Notes under the pieces: generated by a model | Seen by the model: the letters and a program-made list of their open reading frames with translations, nothing else | Database searches by the model: none | Told to the model about the DNA's origin: nothing | Shown: positions 27,722-37,872 of the stretch, in pieces | Layout of the letters: each line of letters begins with the position of its first letter | Position numbering within the stretch: the first letter of the stretch is position 1 | From: Patescibacteria group bacterium | GTDB lineage: Bacteria; Patescibacteriota; Minisyncoccia; Phycocordibacterales; UBA1550 | NCBI GenBank assembly: GCA_038062675.1 | Contig: JBBTWP010000004.1 | Span: 6,751 to 70,750 of the forward strand | Reading direction: 5' to 3' | Length of the DNA: 64,000 nucleotides | Translations under genes and position numbers: made by a program

Positions 27722-30205
27722 ATGTCACTTCGAACAAAAATAATTAGCTTGCTCGGGATAATTACGGTTCTTTTATTGGGTCTTGTTGTTTATTATTTTC
27801 AGTATCCGTTGAAAGAAAGTTTTAGGCGAGAAGTCGAGAGCAATCTAAATGATTTAGCGGAAGTCAATTTACGTACTTACCGTGCGTTTTCCGAAGGACT
27901 CAAGATCCGCACAGTGGACTGGAGCGCAGGCGACCAAGTGGTACGATTTGCAGAAAAAATTTTAGATAAAAATACTCCACTTGCAAAGAGAAATCTTGCA
28001 GCAAGTGAATTTGCTGCGTACATTCGTGAATACAAAATGCCCTATGACCCCGATGCTATTATTGTCGAGATACTTGACTCAGAGGGGGTGGTCGTTGCCT
28101 CAACACGCGAAGATAGAATAGGTACAGACGAACGCCAAGAAGAAATCGAAAACAACGTGCACCATTTTGCAAAAACGCTGCACGCGGGCATTGGAGAGGC
28201 GTTCATGCGAGGCTCTGTACTCGAAGCGGACGAGACGGATCGGCCTATGTCGCACATAACAACTCGCTTGTTTTCAAAAAGAAAAGACGCGCAAGGGAAT
28301 TTTATCCCCCTCCCGGGAGTTTTTCTTGTTCATTTTGTTTCCGCTGCTTCCTTGTTGGAATTTCAGCAAAAAAAATCTGACAAAAATCTCGCTACGGACT
28401 CTCTAAATAAATCTGTGACAGGACTTCAAGGTCTTGATGTGTATTTAGTGAATGGTGATCGTTTGATTGCAAGCGCACCAAACTCGGGAAGTGCGGAGAT
28501 GGTCGGAAAACCAATTGCCACAAAACCAGTGAGCGAGTGTTTTGATCGCGGAACCGATACGTTTGGGGAATATGTAAATTATAGAGGGGTAACAGTCTTG
28601 GGTGCTTCACGTTGCCTTGTAGAGGAAGGAGTCTTGATTTTAAATGAGATGGAAGTCAAAAAAGCTTATACTTTTTTGACTGACTTGGTTCGAAAAACAA
28701 TTTTTGCCGGAGTAGCATTAGCAGCAGGATTCGTTTTTTTTGTGATTCTCGTCACTCGACGACCATTGAAAAACCTTAAACTCATGGTTGATGTTGCCGA
28801 AGCTGTGTCTAAAGGAGACCTTACTAAACGAGCTCTCGCTATTGGACGTGATGAAATCGGCTACCTTGCCCGTGTTTTTAATGCAATGCTCGAAACAATA
28901 TCAGCGTCTCAAGGCAAGTTAATGGAATCAGAGAAAAAACTTGAGCAGGAAGCAGAAAAACTCTTGAAAGATTTGAGTGAACATAAAGAGCAGTCAAAAT
29001 TTGTCGAACAATCAAAGCGTGCCACACAAAATCTTCTGGAAGACGCGTGGGAAATTAAAGAAAAGCTTGAAGTTGAACGTAATCGATTACAGACGATTCT
29101 CGCTTCTATTGGTGACGCCTTGGTGCTTATTGATATTCAGTACAGTATTGTATTGGTCAATCCAAAAGCAGTTGAAATTTTTGCAACACCTGCCACGGAT
29201 CTCCTTGGAAAAGACTTGCGTGTAGTAATGAAACTGATAAAGAAGAAGAAAGGAGAATTGTCGCCCGCAGAGTGGCCTATTGAAGAAATGTTTCTTGCAA
29301 AACACGTGATAGTTGCTGACCTTGAAGATGAACTCTCTTTGATGACCGAAAAGCGCACAGGACCTCTCCCGATAGCGCTCTCTGCGGCGCCTCTTGTGGG
29401 AGAAGGCGGGGAAACTACGGGTGGGGTGATTGTTATTCGTGACGTAACGGAGGATCGAGAGCTCGATGAGGCGAAGTCAGGCTTTATTTCTGTTGCTTCG
29501 CACCAACTCCGTACGCCTCTTACAACGATTCGTTGGTATTCGGAAATGCTTTTGGGGGACGATGTGGGAAACATGACTAAAGAGCAACGAGAATTTCTCG
29601 AAGAGATTCATGGCGGGGCGGAGCGGTTGTATCAAACTATTGACTTGCTTTTGGGTATTTCCCGTGTCGAGAGCGGGAAGCTAAAAGCTGAAAAAAAGCC
29701 TATTGATCTTACTTTATTTACAGCTGATTTAGGAAAAGAACTTGCTCCACAGATGATCGAAAAGAAGTTGGTATTTTCAATGGTGCCTCCCCTTGGTGAA
29801 CCAGTGATTGTTTCGCTTGACCCTCTAACGCTTCGCCAAGTGGTGCTGAACTTGGTTTCTAATGCAATTCGTTACACCAATGAAAATGGTACGATTGAAG
29901 CGAAGTGGGCAGTTGATGATAAGCATACCGAAGTAACGTATTTAGTAAAAGACAATGGTATCGGCATTCCTTTGGCTCAGCGTGGACGCATTTTCTCGAA
30001 ATTTTTCCGAGCAGAGAATGCGCTTTCCAAGGTTCCTGATGGGTCAGGGCTTGGACTTGCCTTGGTTAAGGAACTTGTTCTCGCATGGGGTGGAAAAGTT
30101 TGGTTTGAGGTTGAGGAAGGAAAGGGAACTACATTTTTCTTTACGATTCCCCTCGTGTCCTCCGTGGAGCCACTTGCAGAAGATGCTCAACGTGCTAAGA
30201 TATAA
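27722..30205 (+). CDS. Sensor histidine kinase (TM-sensor-TM-HAMP-PAS-HisKA-HATPase)
   Basis: H-box ISVASHQLRTPL, N-box LVSNAIRYT, G1 KDNGIGIP and G2 GSGLGLALV. Confidence 0.85.
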   Translation: MSLRTKIISLLGIITVLLLGLVVYYFQYPLKESFRREVESNLNDLAEVNLRTYRAFSEGLKIRTVDWSAGDQVVRFAEKILDKNTPLAKRNLAASEFAAYIREYKMPYDPDAIIVEILDSEGVVVASTREDRIGTDERQEEIENNVHHFAKTLHAGIGEAFMRGSVLEADETDRPMSHITTRLFSKRKDAQGNFIPLPGVFLVHFVSAASLLEFQQKKSDKNLATDSLNKSVTGLQGLDVYLVNGDRLIASAPNSGSAEMVGKPIATKPVSECFDRGTDTFGEYVNYRGVTVLGASRCLVEEGVLILNEMEVKKAYTFLTDLVRKTIFAGVALAAGFVFFVILVTRRPLKNLKLMVDVAEAVSKGDLTKRALAIGRDEIGYLARVFNAMLETISASQGKLMESEKKLEQEAEKLLKDLSEHKEQSKFVEQSKRATQNLLEDAWEIKEKLEVERNRLQTILASIGDALVLIDIQYSIVLVNPKAVEIFATPATDLLGKDLRVVMKLIKKKKGELSPAEWPIEEMFLAKHVIVADLEDELSLMTEKRTGPLPIALSAAPLVGEGGETTGGVIVIRDVTEDRELDEAKSGFISVASHQLRTPLTTIRWYSEMLLGDDVGNMTKEQREFLEEIHGGAERLYQTIDLLLGISRVESGKLKAEKKPIDLTLFTADLGKELAPQMIEKKLVFSMVPPLGEPVIVSLDPLTLRQVVLNLVSNAIRYTNENGTIEAKWAVDDKHTEVTYLVKDNGIGIPLAQRGRIFSKFFRAENALSKVPDGSGLGLALVKELVLAWGGKVWFEVEEGKGTTFFFTIPLVSSVEPLAEDAQRAKI

Positions 30206-30222
30206 GAATAATATTTGTAAAA

Positions 30223-30606
30223 ATGGAAGCACAAAAACAAAAAACTATTCTTTTGGTGGAAGACGACAAAGCGCTTAATCGTGCGGTGATGTTTAAGCTT
30301 GAGCAAAAGGGACACAAAGTCATCTCAACCATGCGTGCCGAGGATGCGCTGGATATTCTCAAAAAAGAATCCGAACATATTGATATTATTTGGCTGGATA
30401 TTCTTTTGCCCGGCATGAACGGCATTGAATTTTTGGAAGAAATTCGCAAGCGCGAAGAAGGGAAAGATAAAAAAGTAGTTGTTTGCTCGGTTTCTGGGCG
30501 TGCGGACTCAAAAGGGGTTGCGTATGAGCTCGGCGTGGTTGATTATTTAGTGAAAAGCGATTATGATTTGAATACTCTTGTCGAGAAGGTTGTGAGTTAT
30601 GCGTAG
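30223..30606 (+). CDS. Stand-alone response regulator receiver (CheY-like)
   Basis: DD pair ILLVEDD, phospho-acceptor D in IWLDILLPGMNG and a conserved K near the C-terminus. Confidence 0.85.
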   Translation: MEAQKQKTILLVEDDKALNRAVMFKLEQKGHKVISTMRAEDALDILKKESEHIDIIWLDILLPGMNGIEFLEEIRKREEGKDKKVVVCSVSGRADSKGVAYELGVVDYLVKSDYDLNTLVEKVVSYA

Positions 30607-30625
30607 GTTTTTAGACTCTTAAATT

Positions 30626-31006
30626 ATGGATACTAACAAGAAAAAAATAGTAATTGTGGAGGACGATGATCATATTTCAAAAGTATATGAGATAAAGTTC
30701 GCCAAAGAAAATGTAACCACTGTTGTTGCGCGTGACGGTGAGGAGGGTGTGGCGAAAATCAAATCAGAAAAACCGGACATGATTTTACTTGACCTCATGG
30801 TTCCCAAGAAAGATGGATTCGCGGTGCTTGAAGAAATAAAGAAAATTCCAGAGCTCGCCAAGATTCCTGTTATGGTTCTCTCAAACCTTGGTCAAAAGGC
30901 TGACCAAGAACGTGCCATGGCACTTGGTGCAAATGAATATTTGGTCAAGGTTGATTACCCCATTCAGGAAGTAATCAACAAGGTCAAGGGGTACTTGGGG
31001 TTGTAG
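30626..31006 (+). CDS. Second stand-alone response regulator receiver
   Basis: IVIVEDDD, ILLDLMVPKKDG and a conserved K near the C-terminus. Paralogue of the previous gene. Confidence 0.85.
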   Translation: MDTNKKKIVIVEDDDHISKVYEIKFAKENVTTVVARDGEEGVAKIKSEKPDMILLDLMVPKKDGFAVLEEIKKIPELAKIPVMVLSNLGQKADQERAMALGANEYLVKVDYPIQEVINKVKGYLGL

Positions 31007-31028
31007 GGGTAAGTTACGGAACCGCTTA

Positions 31029-31128
31029 CGCAGTGTGCTGTTGTAAGGGTACGGATTTTTTGAAGCTTAAAAAATCCTGAAATTCTTACGCCGTCGCGTT
31101 CGAAACCCCCTTAAAACAGCACACTGCG
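31029..31128 (+). ncRNA. Structured element C: covarying outer stem CGCAGTGTGCTGTT/AACAGCACACTGCG around an inner TTTTTTGAAGCTTAAAAAA hairpin and the conserved core
   Basis: Core CCTGAAATTCTTACGCCGTCGCGTTCGAAACCCCC is homologous to elements A and B. Sits immediately 3' of the response-regulator stop. Confidence 0.5.
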
Positions 31129-31267
31129 ACGGGTTTCGTAATCTGGCATTTCAAAATGGAAGGACCGAGTGATAGTTATCCACAGGGAACTTTTCTTTTT
31201 CAAGTCCCCTTTGCTATAATAAAAGAGCATTATTAAAAATTTATAAATTATGATTTCATCAATAAAC

Positions 31268-31942
31268 ATGGCAGAGAAGCGCAAAGACGGTTTTACTCTT
31301 CTCGAACTTTTAATCGTTATTTCGATTATCGCGATTTTGTCAGTAGCACTTGTGCTGGTCTTGGATCCCGCAGAAACTTTAAAGAAGTCACGTGACTCAC
31401 AGCGTCTTTCGGATTTAAGTACCATGAAAACAGCAATCGCGCTCTATCTCACGAGTACGACAACTCCGTATTTGGGAGCTGCAACAGCAGGGGCTTTGAA
31501 TAATACTAATTGCAAAGCAACGCCATCTGCCGCAACCGCTAAGGTTATGTACTCGCTCGTTTCAACCAGTGCTATTACCGATACAACACTTGACGCAGCT
31601 TCGGCCTCGGCAGCCGTTCAAGTTGCAACACCATCGTTAACAAATGGTGCAGGATGGATTCCTGTTATGTTTGACAATTTAACTGGTGGATCTCCAATCT
31701 CCAACATGCCTCTCGATCCCGTTAACACCGTGACCGCACTTGGGGCTGTCGCAAGCACTGATCTTGTATACCGATATGCATGTTCAGTAACTCCGTTGGC
31801 ATTTGAGCTTGGAGCACAACTTGAAAGTATTGCGTATACGTCAACTGATAATAAGAAGTCAACTGATGGTGGCAATAATGACAACTACTACGAAGTTGGT
31901 ACAAATCTGAGAATTCTTGATGGCGCAACGAACCAATACTAA
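31268..31942 (+). CDS. Type IV (major) pilin with a class III signal peptide
   Basis: KRKDG|FTLLELLIVISIIAIL prepilin cleavage/methylation motif with Glu at +5. C-terminal DGGNNDNYYE. Confidence 0.8.
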   Translation: MAEKRKDGFTLLELLIVISIIAILSVALVLVLDPAETLKKSRDSQRLSDLSTMKTAIALYLTSTTTPYLGAATAGALNNTNCKATPSAATAKVMYSLVSTSAITDTTLDAASASAAVQVATPSLTNGAGWIPVMFDNLTGGSPISNMPLDPVNTVTALGAVASTDLVYRYACSVTPLAFELGAQLESIAYTSTDNKKSTDGGNNDNYYEVGTNLRILDGATNQY

Positions 31943-31967
31943 ATCCTTATTAATTAATTCACTATTT

Positions 31968-32717
31968 ATGATTTCACTTATCACCGCAAATGAAGAAAAG
32001 CGCAAGAATGGATTTACCCTCCTTGAGCTCTTGATTGTTATTTCAATCATCGCCATTTTATCCATCGCCCTTGTGTTCTTGCTCAACCCTGCGGAAACAC
32101 TTAAGAAAGCTCGTGATGCACAGCGCATCTCAGACTTGAAGACTATTAAGACTGCCCTCGGCGTTATGCTTACAGCAAGCTCAACGCCAAGTTTGGATAG
32201 TTTCACCGCACAAGCAACAGCAGTATGTCTCACTGCAACAACAGCAGCAGGAGCGACTACATTGTCTACGGCTCCGAAAATTAGATATAGTGCCAATACT
32301 GCGCCTACTCTGACTTCTGCCACCCCTGGAGCTGATGCTGCAAGTACTGCAACAGCTTTTATTTCCGCTGCTTCTGGCTCAACGGCAGGAAAAGTTGATG
32401 CTACGGGCTGGATCCCAGTAAATTTGAAAGCGTTGACAGGAGGTACACCAATTTCAGCTTTTCCTATCGACCCTGTTAATACTGTCAGTTCTACTGCTAC
32501 TGTCACAGATCTTGTTTATCGCTACGCATGTCAAAACGGAACGACAGCGTCAGTTGGTTCAGGGAAGCCAGCATATATTTTTGAGATTGATGCTGTACTT
32601 GAAAGTAACGCGTATACTCAGGATGATAACAAGATGTCAAAAGATGGCGGAGACAATGACTCTTACTATGAGTCAGGGAATAGTTTGAATCTCTTGCCTG
32701 CTGCAGGTGCATTCTAG
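31968..32717 (+). CDS. Type IV pilin paralogue (longer ORF from 31917)
   Basis: KRKNG|FTLLELLIVISIIAIL. C-terminal DGGDNDSYYE, conserved with the upstream paralogue. Confidence 0.8.
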   Translation: MISLITANEEKRKNGFTLLELLIVISIIAILSIALVFLLNPAETLKKARDAQRISDLKTIKTALGVMLTASSTPSLDSFTAQATAVCLTATTAAGATTLSTAPKIRYSANTAPTLTSATPGADAASTATAFISAASGSTAGKVDATGWIPVNLKALTGGTPISAFPIDPVNTVSSTATVTDLVYRYACQNGTTASVGSGKPAYIFEIDAVLESNAYTQDDNKMSKDGGDNDSYYESGNSLNLLPAAGAF

Positions 32718-32744
32718 TTTGATTCATTAAATTTTGATTTTACA

Positions 32745-32783
32745 AAAACACCCCCGCGGAAACGCGAGGGTGTTTTTGTGTTT
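32745..32783 (+). terminator. Rho-independent terminator after the pilin pair
   Basis: AAAACACCC...GGGTGTTTT outer stem with a CGCG-GAAA-CGCG inner stem, then a T-run. Confidence 0.7.
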
Positions 32784-32817
32784 TGGTGCTAAAAATTTTA
32801 TGTGATAGAATATTTCC

Positions 32818-33513
32818 ATGATGGATATAATAGAGAATATGTATTTACGGGTTTTGTTTCAGTTTACACATCCAGAGCCGCAGGTGATTGTGGGCATAAT
32901 TTGGCTTTTGATTGTAGTTGTCGCACTTTTTCGTTACATAGAATTTTCGTTTTTTACACGGGTTTCGTGGAAATGGCTTGTGGTTGTGGCTGTTGTTCTC
33001 CGTATTGGTTACGGTGCAACTCTAACATGGCTGCAATATGCACAATGGGAGAGTAGTTCATTTACTCAAACTTTTTTGACTCAACCGCTTTCAAAAGAAG
33101 CGCCACTTCCACTTCTTCTTGAATGGGTGCGTCCCTCTCTGGAGCAACCATTGGGATATTTTATTTTTTATGTATTCGGACGCTTTTGGATTAACATCAT
33201 AATCATTTTAGGGCTAGCAGGATTTTTTGCAGCACTCCTCAAGCTTCGTGCGTATTATCGTCCTTGGAACTTTAAAGAAGGAGAGATCTTGGCAATTACA
33301 CTTTCTCTCCTTGTGTCGGGGTGGCCGGGGGTTATCGTCCTCCTGCCCCTTGCGTTTATTTTTGCAATTATTTTCTCAGTCATCTCTTCTACTTTTTACG
33401 GAGTTTCGCGAATTTATCTAACCCCTGCGTTTTTGGTTGCCGCTCCTGTTGCGCTCCTGTACGGGGCAGCGATCCTTAAGTTCGTTGGTTTGTACGCTCT
33501 ACTCAAAATCTAA
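32818..33513 (+). CDS. Hypothetical polytopic membrane protein in the pilus locus
   Basis: Six or so TM helices. Almost no acidic residues, so it is not an A24 prepilin peptidase. Confidence 0.5.
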   Translation: MMDIIENMYLRVLFQFTHPEPQVIVGIIWLLIVVVALFRYIEFSFFTRVSWKWLVVVAVVLRIGYGATLTWLQYAQWESSSFTQTFLTQPLSKEAPLPLLLEWVRPSLEQPLGYFIFYVFGRFWINIIIILGLAGFFAALLKLRAYYRPWNFKEGEILAITLSLLVSGWPGVIVLLPLAFIFAIIFSVISSTFYGVSRIYLTPAFLVAAPVALLYGAAILKFVGLYALLKI

Positions 33514-33623
33514 TTCCCTAGGACCGTCCTCGGGAAATGTTCTCGGAAAGTTAAAAGAGTGGAATAGAGTTATACACATTTTTAAAGTCGTTATCGGATT
33601 TTGGTATGATATACTTATAACTA

Positions 33624-35333
33624 ATGCATATTGGACAAGAAAAGCTAAAAGAAATATTGCTTGAATCCGGACTCGTGAGCGATGAGGATTTTGAATATGC
33701 TACTGCAGAGGCTCGGCGCAGCGGACAGTCGCTTTCTAATGTCTTGGTTGGAGAAGGCAAAATTTCTGAAGATTATTTTACCGAACTCCTTGCTCCCTAT
33801 TATGGTGTTCAGGTTGTGAATCTCAAAAAAGAAACTATAGACCATGAGATTTTGGAGCTTATTCCTGAAATATACGCGAAGTCAAAGAATATTGTATTGT
33901 TTTTTTATGATAAAGAGAAAGGTATTGCAAAACTTGCCATGCTCGACCCCTTTGACTACGATACTATTGAGTATGTGCGGGCGAAGCTTGATGCGTGGGT
34001 CGAACCTTATCTCTCGACAGTCGCAAGTGTTCGTTATGGGCTCAAGCAATACAGCACAAAAATCGGTGTTGGCTTTGAACAAATCATTTCTGAAAATGTT
34101 GAACAGTCGCTTTCTGTTGCTGAAGAAAAAGATCTTTCAAAAACAGCTGCGTCGGTGCCTATTGTTACCATCCTTGATAATGTTATCGAGCATGCAGTTA
34201 CTTTAAATGCATCCGATATTCATTTTGAGCCCCTTGAGCATGAACTTTTGGTGCGTTTTCGTGTCGATGGCATCATGCAGGAGGTGGTGAGTCTCCCGAA
34301 AGCAATTGCTCCTGTTTTGGTCGCGCGCGTAAAAATCCTCGGAAGTCTTCAGATTGACGAACACCGCACCCCTCAGGATGGACGTTTTCGTTTTGATATG
34401 GACGATGGATCAAATATTGATTTACGCGTAAATATCATGCCGATTTTCCACGGGGAGAAAGTGGAAATGCGTCTCTTGAAGAGCTCTGCGCGACCACTGA
34501 CGCTCAAAGACCTTGGTTTTTCGGATGCAAATACCGCAGTCCTTGTAAATGAAGTCAAAAAACCCCACGGTATGATTTTAGTGACGGGGCCAACAGGACA
34601 TGGAAAAACTACAACACTGTATGCGGTGTTGCATATTCTCAATAAACCATCCGTGAACATTACAACCATTGAGGATCCTATTGAGTATGAGTTTCCGCGC
34701 GTAAATCAAACACAAGTAAACCAGAAAGCGGGGATTACGTTTGCAAATGGACTTCGCGCGCTTTTGCGTCAAAATCCCGACATCATTATGGTGGGTGAAA
34801 TCCGTGATAATGAGACGGTTGAAATTGCAATTCATGCCGCGCTTACGGGGCACCTTGTGCTGTCATCACTTCACACCAATGATGCCCCCTCTGCTATCCC
34901 ACGCCTTTTGGATATGGGTGCGCCGGCGTTCCTGTTGTCTTCAACTATCAACATGGTTATCGCTCAGCGTCTTGTGCGACGTATTTGTGCGTCGTGTACC
35001 GAGTCATATCCTGTAAGCCCAGAAATGGCGCGCCTTCTCAAGGCGCAAATCGAGCTGGCGGGGACCACAAATAGTAATGTTCCGGCGAGCTTGTTTCGTG
35101 GTAAGGGGTGCAAGGTATGCGGGAATTCCGGATATCAGGGGCAGATTGGTATTTTCGAGCTTTTGCGGGTTACTGAATCAATTCGTGCATTGATTTTGGA
35201 CGAAGCATCCATTCCGGAAGTGCGAAAGAAAGCAATTGAAGAGGGGATGATCACGATGTTTGAAGACGGGCTCGACAAGGTTGAGCGGGGAGTTACGACT
35301 GTGGAGGAGGTGCTCAGGGTAGTAAAAGAATAG
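33624..35333 (+). CDS. pilB: Type IV pilus assembly ATPase PilB (GspE family)
   Basis: N-terminal GSPII_E_N-like domain. Walker A GPTGHGKTT, Asp box, His box and tetracysteine CASC...CKVCGNSGY. Confidence 0.9.
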   Translation: MHIGQEKLKEILLESGLVSDEDFEYATAEARRSGQSLSNVLVGEGKISEDYFTELLAPYYGVQVVNLKKETIDHEILELIPEIYAKSKNIVLFFYDKEKGIAKLAMLDPFDYDTIEYVRAKLDAWVEPYLSTVASVRYGLKQYSTKIGVGFEQIISENVEQSLSVAEEKDLSKTAASVPIVTILDNVIEHAVTLNASDIHFEPLEHELLVRFRVDGIMQEVVSLPKAIAPVLVARVKILGSLQIDEHRTPQDGRFRFDMDDGSNIDLRVNIMPIFHGEKVEMRLLKSSARPLTLKDLGFSDANTAVLVNEVKKPHGMILVTGPTGHGKTTTLYAVLHILNKPSVNITTIEDPIEYEFPRVNQTQVNQKAGITFANGLRALLRQNPDIIMVGEIRDNETVEIAIHAALTGHLVLSSLHTNDAPSAIPRLLDMGAPAFLLSSTINMVIAQRLVRRICASCTESYPVSPEMARLLKAQIELAGTTNSNVPASLFRGKGCKVCGNSGYQGQIGIFELLRVTESIRALILDEASIPEVRKKAIEEGMITMFEDGLDKVERGVTTVEEVLRVVKE

Positions 35334-35340
35334 GACGCTC

Positions 35341-35435
35341 GCTAAGTTCTTTTTAGGGTACGACTTTTTTGAAGCTTAAAAAAGTCTGAAGTTCTCGCGC
35401 CGTCGCGCTCAAAACCCCCTAAAAAGCAACTTAGC
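35341..35435 (+). ncRNA. Structured element B: outer stem GCTAAGTTCTTTTTAGGG/CCCTAAAAAGCAACTTAGC, inner GACTTTTTTGAAGCTTAAAAAAGTC hairpin and conserved core
   Basis: Core CTGAAGTTCTCGCGCCGTCGCGCTCAAAACCCC is identical to element A. Sits immediately 3' of the pilB stop. Confidence 0.5.
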
Positions 35436-35546
35436 TCGCTTTAAGGTTAAATGCCGTGTAGGGCACCAAGAAAAAGAAGAGCTCGCTTTACAGTGTCAAT
35501 CTGATGTATAATAAATGTAGTATTCAAATATTGAATTCGCAAATTT

Positions 35547-36770
35547 ATGGCAATATTTACTTATGAAGCATATGATGGTTCCGGCGCTGTTCTTCGGGGG
35601 GAGTACGAGGGCTCTTCTCAAGACGAGGTGTCGCAGTATCTTTTCAAGAGAAGTCTTACGCCCATTTCTATCACCATGCTTTCTGGTAAGCACGGTGGCA
35701 TGCAGAAGTTTCTATCTTCTTCCCCGTTTGAGAAACTTGATGCTGTTGATGTAATGTTCTTGGTACGAAACCTCGCCACGACCGTTAAGGCTGGGCTTTC
35801 ATTGATGGAGGCACTCGATATTCTTATTGCCGATGCAGAGAAAAACATTTTAAAGAAAGTGCTCAGGGAGGTGCAGGCCATGGTCAAAAATGGGCAGCAG
35901 CTTTCTGCAGGGTTTGAAGCGTATGCTAGTTCATTCCCTCCTGTTTTTATAGGAATGCTGAAAGCCGGAGAAGGCTCTGGTCAACTCGACAAAACACTTG
36001 CGGAGCTCGGTCGTTATTTGGGTAAAGAATATGCTCTACGGAGCAAAATAAAATCTGCACTGATGTATCCGGTTATTCTACTTGTTGCATCTACGGGAGT
36101 GGTGACGCTTCTTCTTATGTTTGTGTTGCCGCGGCTTACCAAGGCGTTTTTAGCGAGTGGCGTTGAGCTCCCCCTTCTTACTAAATTCTTTCTTGCTTTA
36201 TCCAATGCACTTACGTGGAGTTATGCGCTCGATGGTGTAGTGTTTGTGGTGGCGTTGTGGTTCTTTTTGTATTTTCGTACAACACAACTTGGGAAAAGAT
36301 TTTTCTTTTTTACTATGTCGCATGCACCCGTGGCAAGGGATTTGGTAAAAAAGGTCGCGCTCGTACGTTTCTCTCGCACGCTCTCAAATCTTATTGGTAG
36401 TGGACTTTCGGTTGTGGAAGCACTCGACCTATCGTCGCAATCGATTGGGAATCGGACATATACACTTGCGCTCAATCAGGTAATTATGGAAGTCAAGACC
36501 GGTAGCCCTATTTCCGGCGCACTTGAAAAATTTCCAAAACTTTTCCCGCGCATGCTCGTGAGTTTGGTGGTGGTGGGGGAACGTACGGGAACACTTGGAC
36601 AGATTCTTTCCACTTTTGCCGACTTTTATGAAGAGGAAGTTGACGGCAAGCTTAAAGACCTGACCGCTGCTCTGGAGCCGATACTCTTGCTCCTTATGGG
36701 AGTTTTGGTGGGGTCGATTGCCGTTTCTATTATTCTCCCTATCTATCAACTCGTGGGTAATTTTGTCTAA
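35547..36770 (+). CDS. pilC: Type IV pilus platform protein PilC (GspF family)
   Basis: Two GspF repeats and three TM helices. C-terminal LLMGVLVGSIAVSIILPIYQL. Confidence 0.9.
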   Translation: MAIFTYEAYDGSGAVLRGEYEGSSQDEVSQYLFKRSLTPISITMLSGKHGGMQKFLSSSPFEKLDAVDVMFLVRNLATTVKAGLSLMEALDILIADAEKNILKKVLREVQAMVKNGQQLSAGFEAYASSFPPVFIGMLKAGEGSGQLDKTLAELGRYLGKEYALRSKIKSALMYPVILLVASTGVVTLLLMFVLPRLTKAFLASGVELPLLTKFFLALSNALTWSYALDGVVFVVALWFFLYFRTTQLGKRFFFFTMSHAPVARDLVKKVALVRFSRTLSNLIGSGLSVVEALDLSSQSIGNRTYTLALNQVIMEVKTGSPISGALEKFPKLFPRMLVSLVVVGERTGTLGQILSTFADFYEEEVDGKLKDLTAALEPILLLLMGVLVGSIAVSIILPIYQLVGNFV

Positions 36771-36777
36771 ACTTAAT

Positions 36778-37245
36778 ATGCACATACATACAACATCATC
36801 AGGATTTTCAATGTTTGAACTTTTGATTGTCTTGAGTATTGTTGCTGTTTTGGGAGGCGGCGGAGTTGGATTTTATCAAAATTTTTCAAAAGATGTTGAG
36901 CTCAAGACTACGATGCGAGTGATAAATGCCGACTTGCGCACTGCACGAGCAAAGTCTATGGCGCGACAAGACGACCTAAAGTGGGGGGTGCATTTTGTGA
37001 ATGATGGCGCAAATCCACATTATTACGAACTTTTCTCAACTCCTACCGATTATGCGAATGCAAGTATGTCCGTGAGCGCAACCACCACTCTTTCTAAAGG
37101 TCTTACATTTTCTGATCCGAGCTCGGGAACAAAAGACATTATTTTTTACAAAGTCGCCGGCACTACGACAGCGTCCACCGTGGGTGTGACCTCAAGCGCC
37201 GGCACACAGACGCTCACTATTTCGGCGTTGGGGACAATTTATTGA
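36778..37245 (+). CDS. Prepilin-type N-terminal domain protein (pilin or pseudopilin)
   Basis: SG|FSMFELLIVLSIVAVL class III signal. The longer ORF from 36718 overlaps pilC. Confidence 0.7.
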   Translation: MHIHTTSSGFSMFELLIVLSIVAVLGGGGVGFYQNFSKDVELKTTMRVINADLRTARAKSMARQDDLKWGVHFVNDGANPHYYELFSTPTDYANASMSVSATTTLSKGLTFSDPSSGTKDIIFYKVAGTTTASTVGVTSSAGTQTLTISALGTIY

Positions 37246-37246
37246 T

Positions 37247-37768
37247 ATGTATAAAAAAGTTTCCAATTACGCCTTTATTGATAGCCAAAATCTCAATCTT
37301 GCAATTCAGGATCAGGGATGGAAGCTTGACTTTACCCGTTTTCGAGTATACCTCAAAGAAAAATATGGTGTGACAAAAGCCTTTCTGTTTATAGGGCACA
37401 TCGAAGGCAATAATCATTTGTATATTTCTCTACAGTCAGCTGGGTTTCTTTGTGTTTTTAAACCGACACTCGAGTACAAGGATGGTACAACCAAAGGCAA
37501 CTGCGATGCGGAATTGGTTCTTCATGCGATGATAGAGTATCCTAACTACGACAAAGCGATAATCGTTACCGGAGATGGGGATTTTTATTGTTTAGCCCAG
37601 CACTTGCTTGAAAAAGATAAATTGCAGGCAATTCTTATTCCCAATAAGTTGAAGTTCTCAGGACTTTTAAAGTTTAAGATATTTCGCCCTTATTTGCGAT
37701 TAATGAACGATTTAAAAGAGCTATTAAGGTATAAAAAGAAAAGGCCCTATGAGGACAAAACCTCATAG
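37247..37768 (+). CDS. NYN (LabA-like, PIN-fold) nuclease-domain protein
   Basis: YAFIDSQNL, GNCDAELVLHAM and IIVTGDGDF acidic motifs of NYN domains. The start lies 1 nt after the pilin stop. Confidence 0.65.
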   Translation: MYKKVSNYAFIDSQNLNLAIQDQGWKLDFTRFRVYLKEKYGVTKAFLFIGHIEGNNHLYISLQSAGFLCVFKPTLEYKDGTTKGNCDAELVLHAMIEYPNYDKAIIVTGDGDFYCLAQHLLEKDKLQAILIPNKLKFSGLLKFKIFRPYLRLMNDLKELLRYKKKRPYEDKTS

Positions 37769-37872
37769 GGGGGACTCTTCCGTTGGTGATAGACATAGTA
37801 TACACCTAACAAAAAATGTGTCAACGGGGTATAATGAAAAGAGGATATTTTGAAAAAACCATAATGTTTAAT

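Noticed and set aside
32818-33513. Prepilin peptidase (PilD) candidate between the pilins and pilB
   Set aside because: It is a polytopic membrane protein in the expected place. But it has essentially a single Asp near the N-terminus and lacks the two catalytic Asp motifs and the N-terminal Cys box of A24 peptidases.
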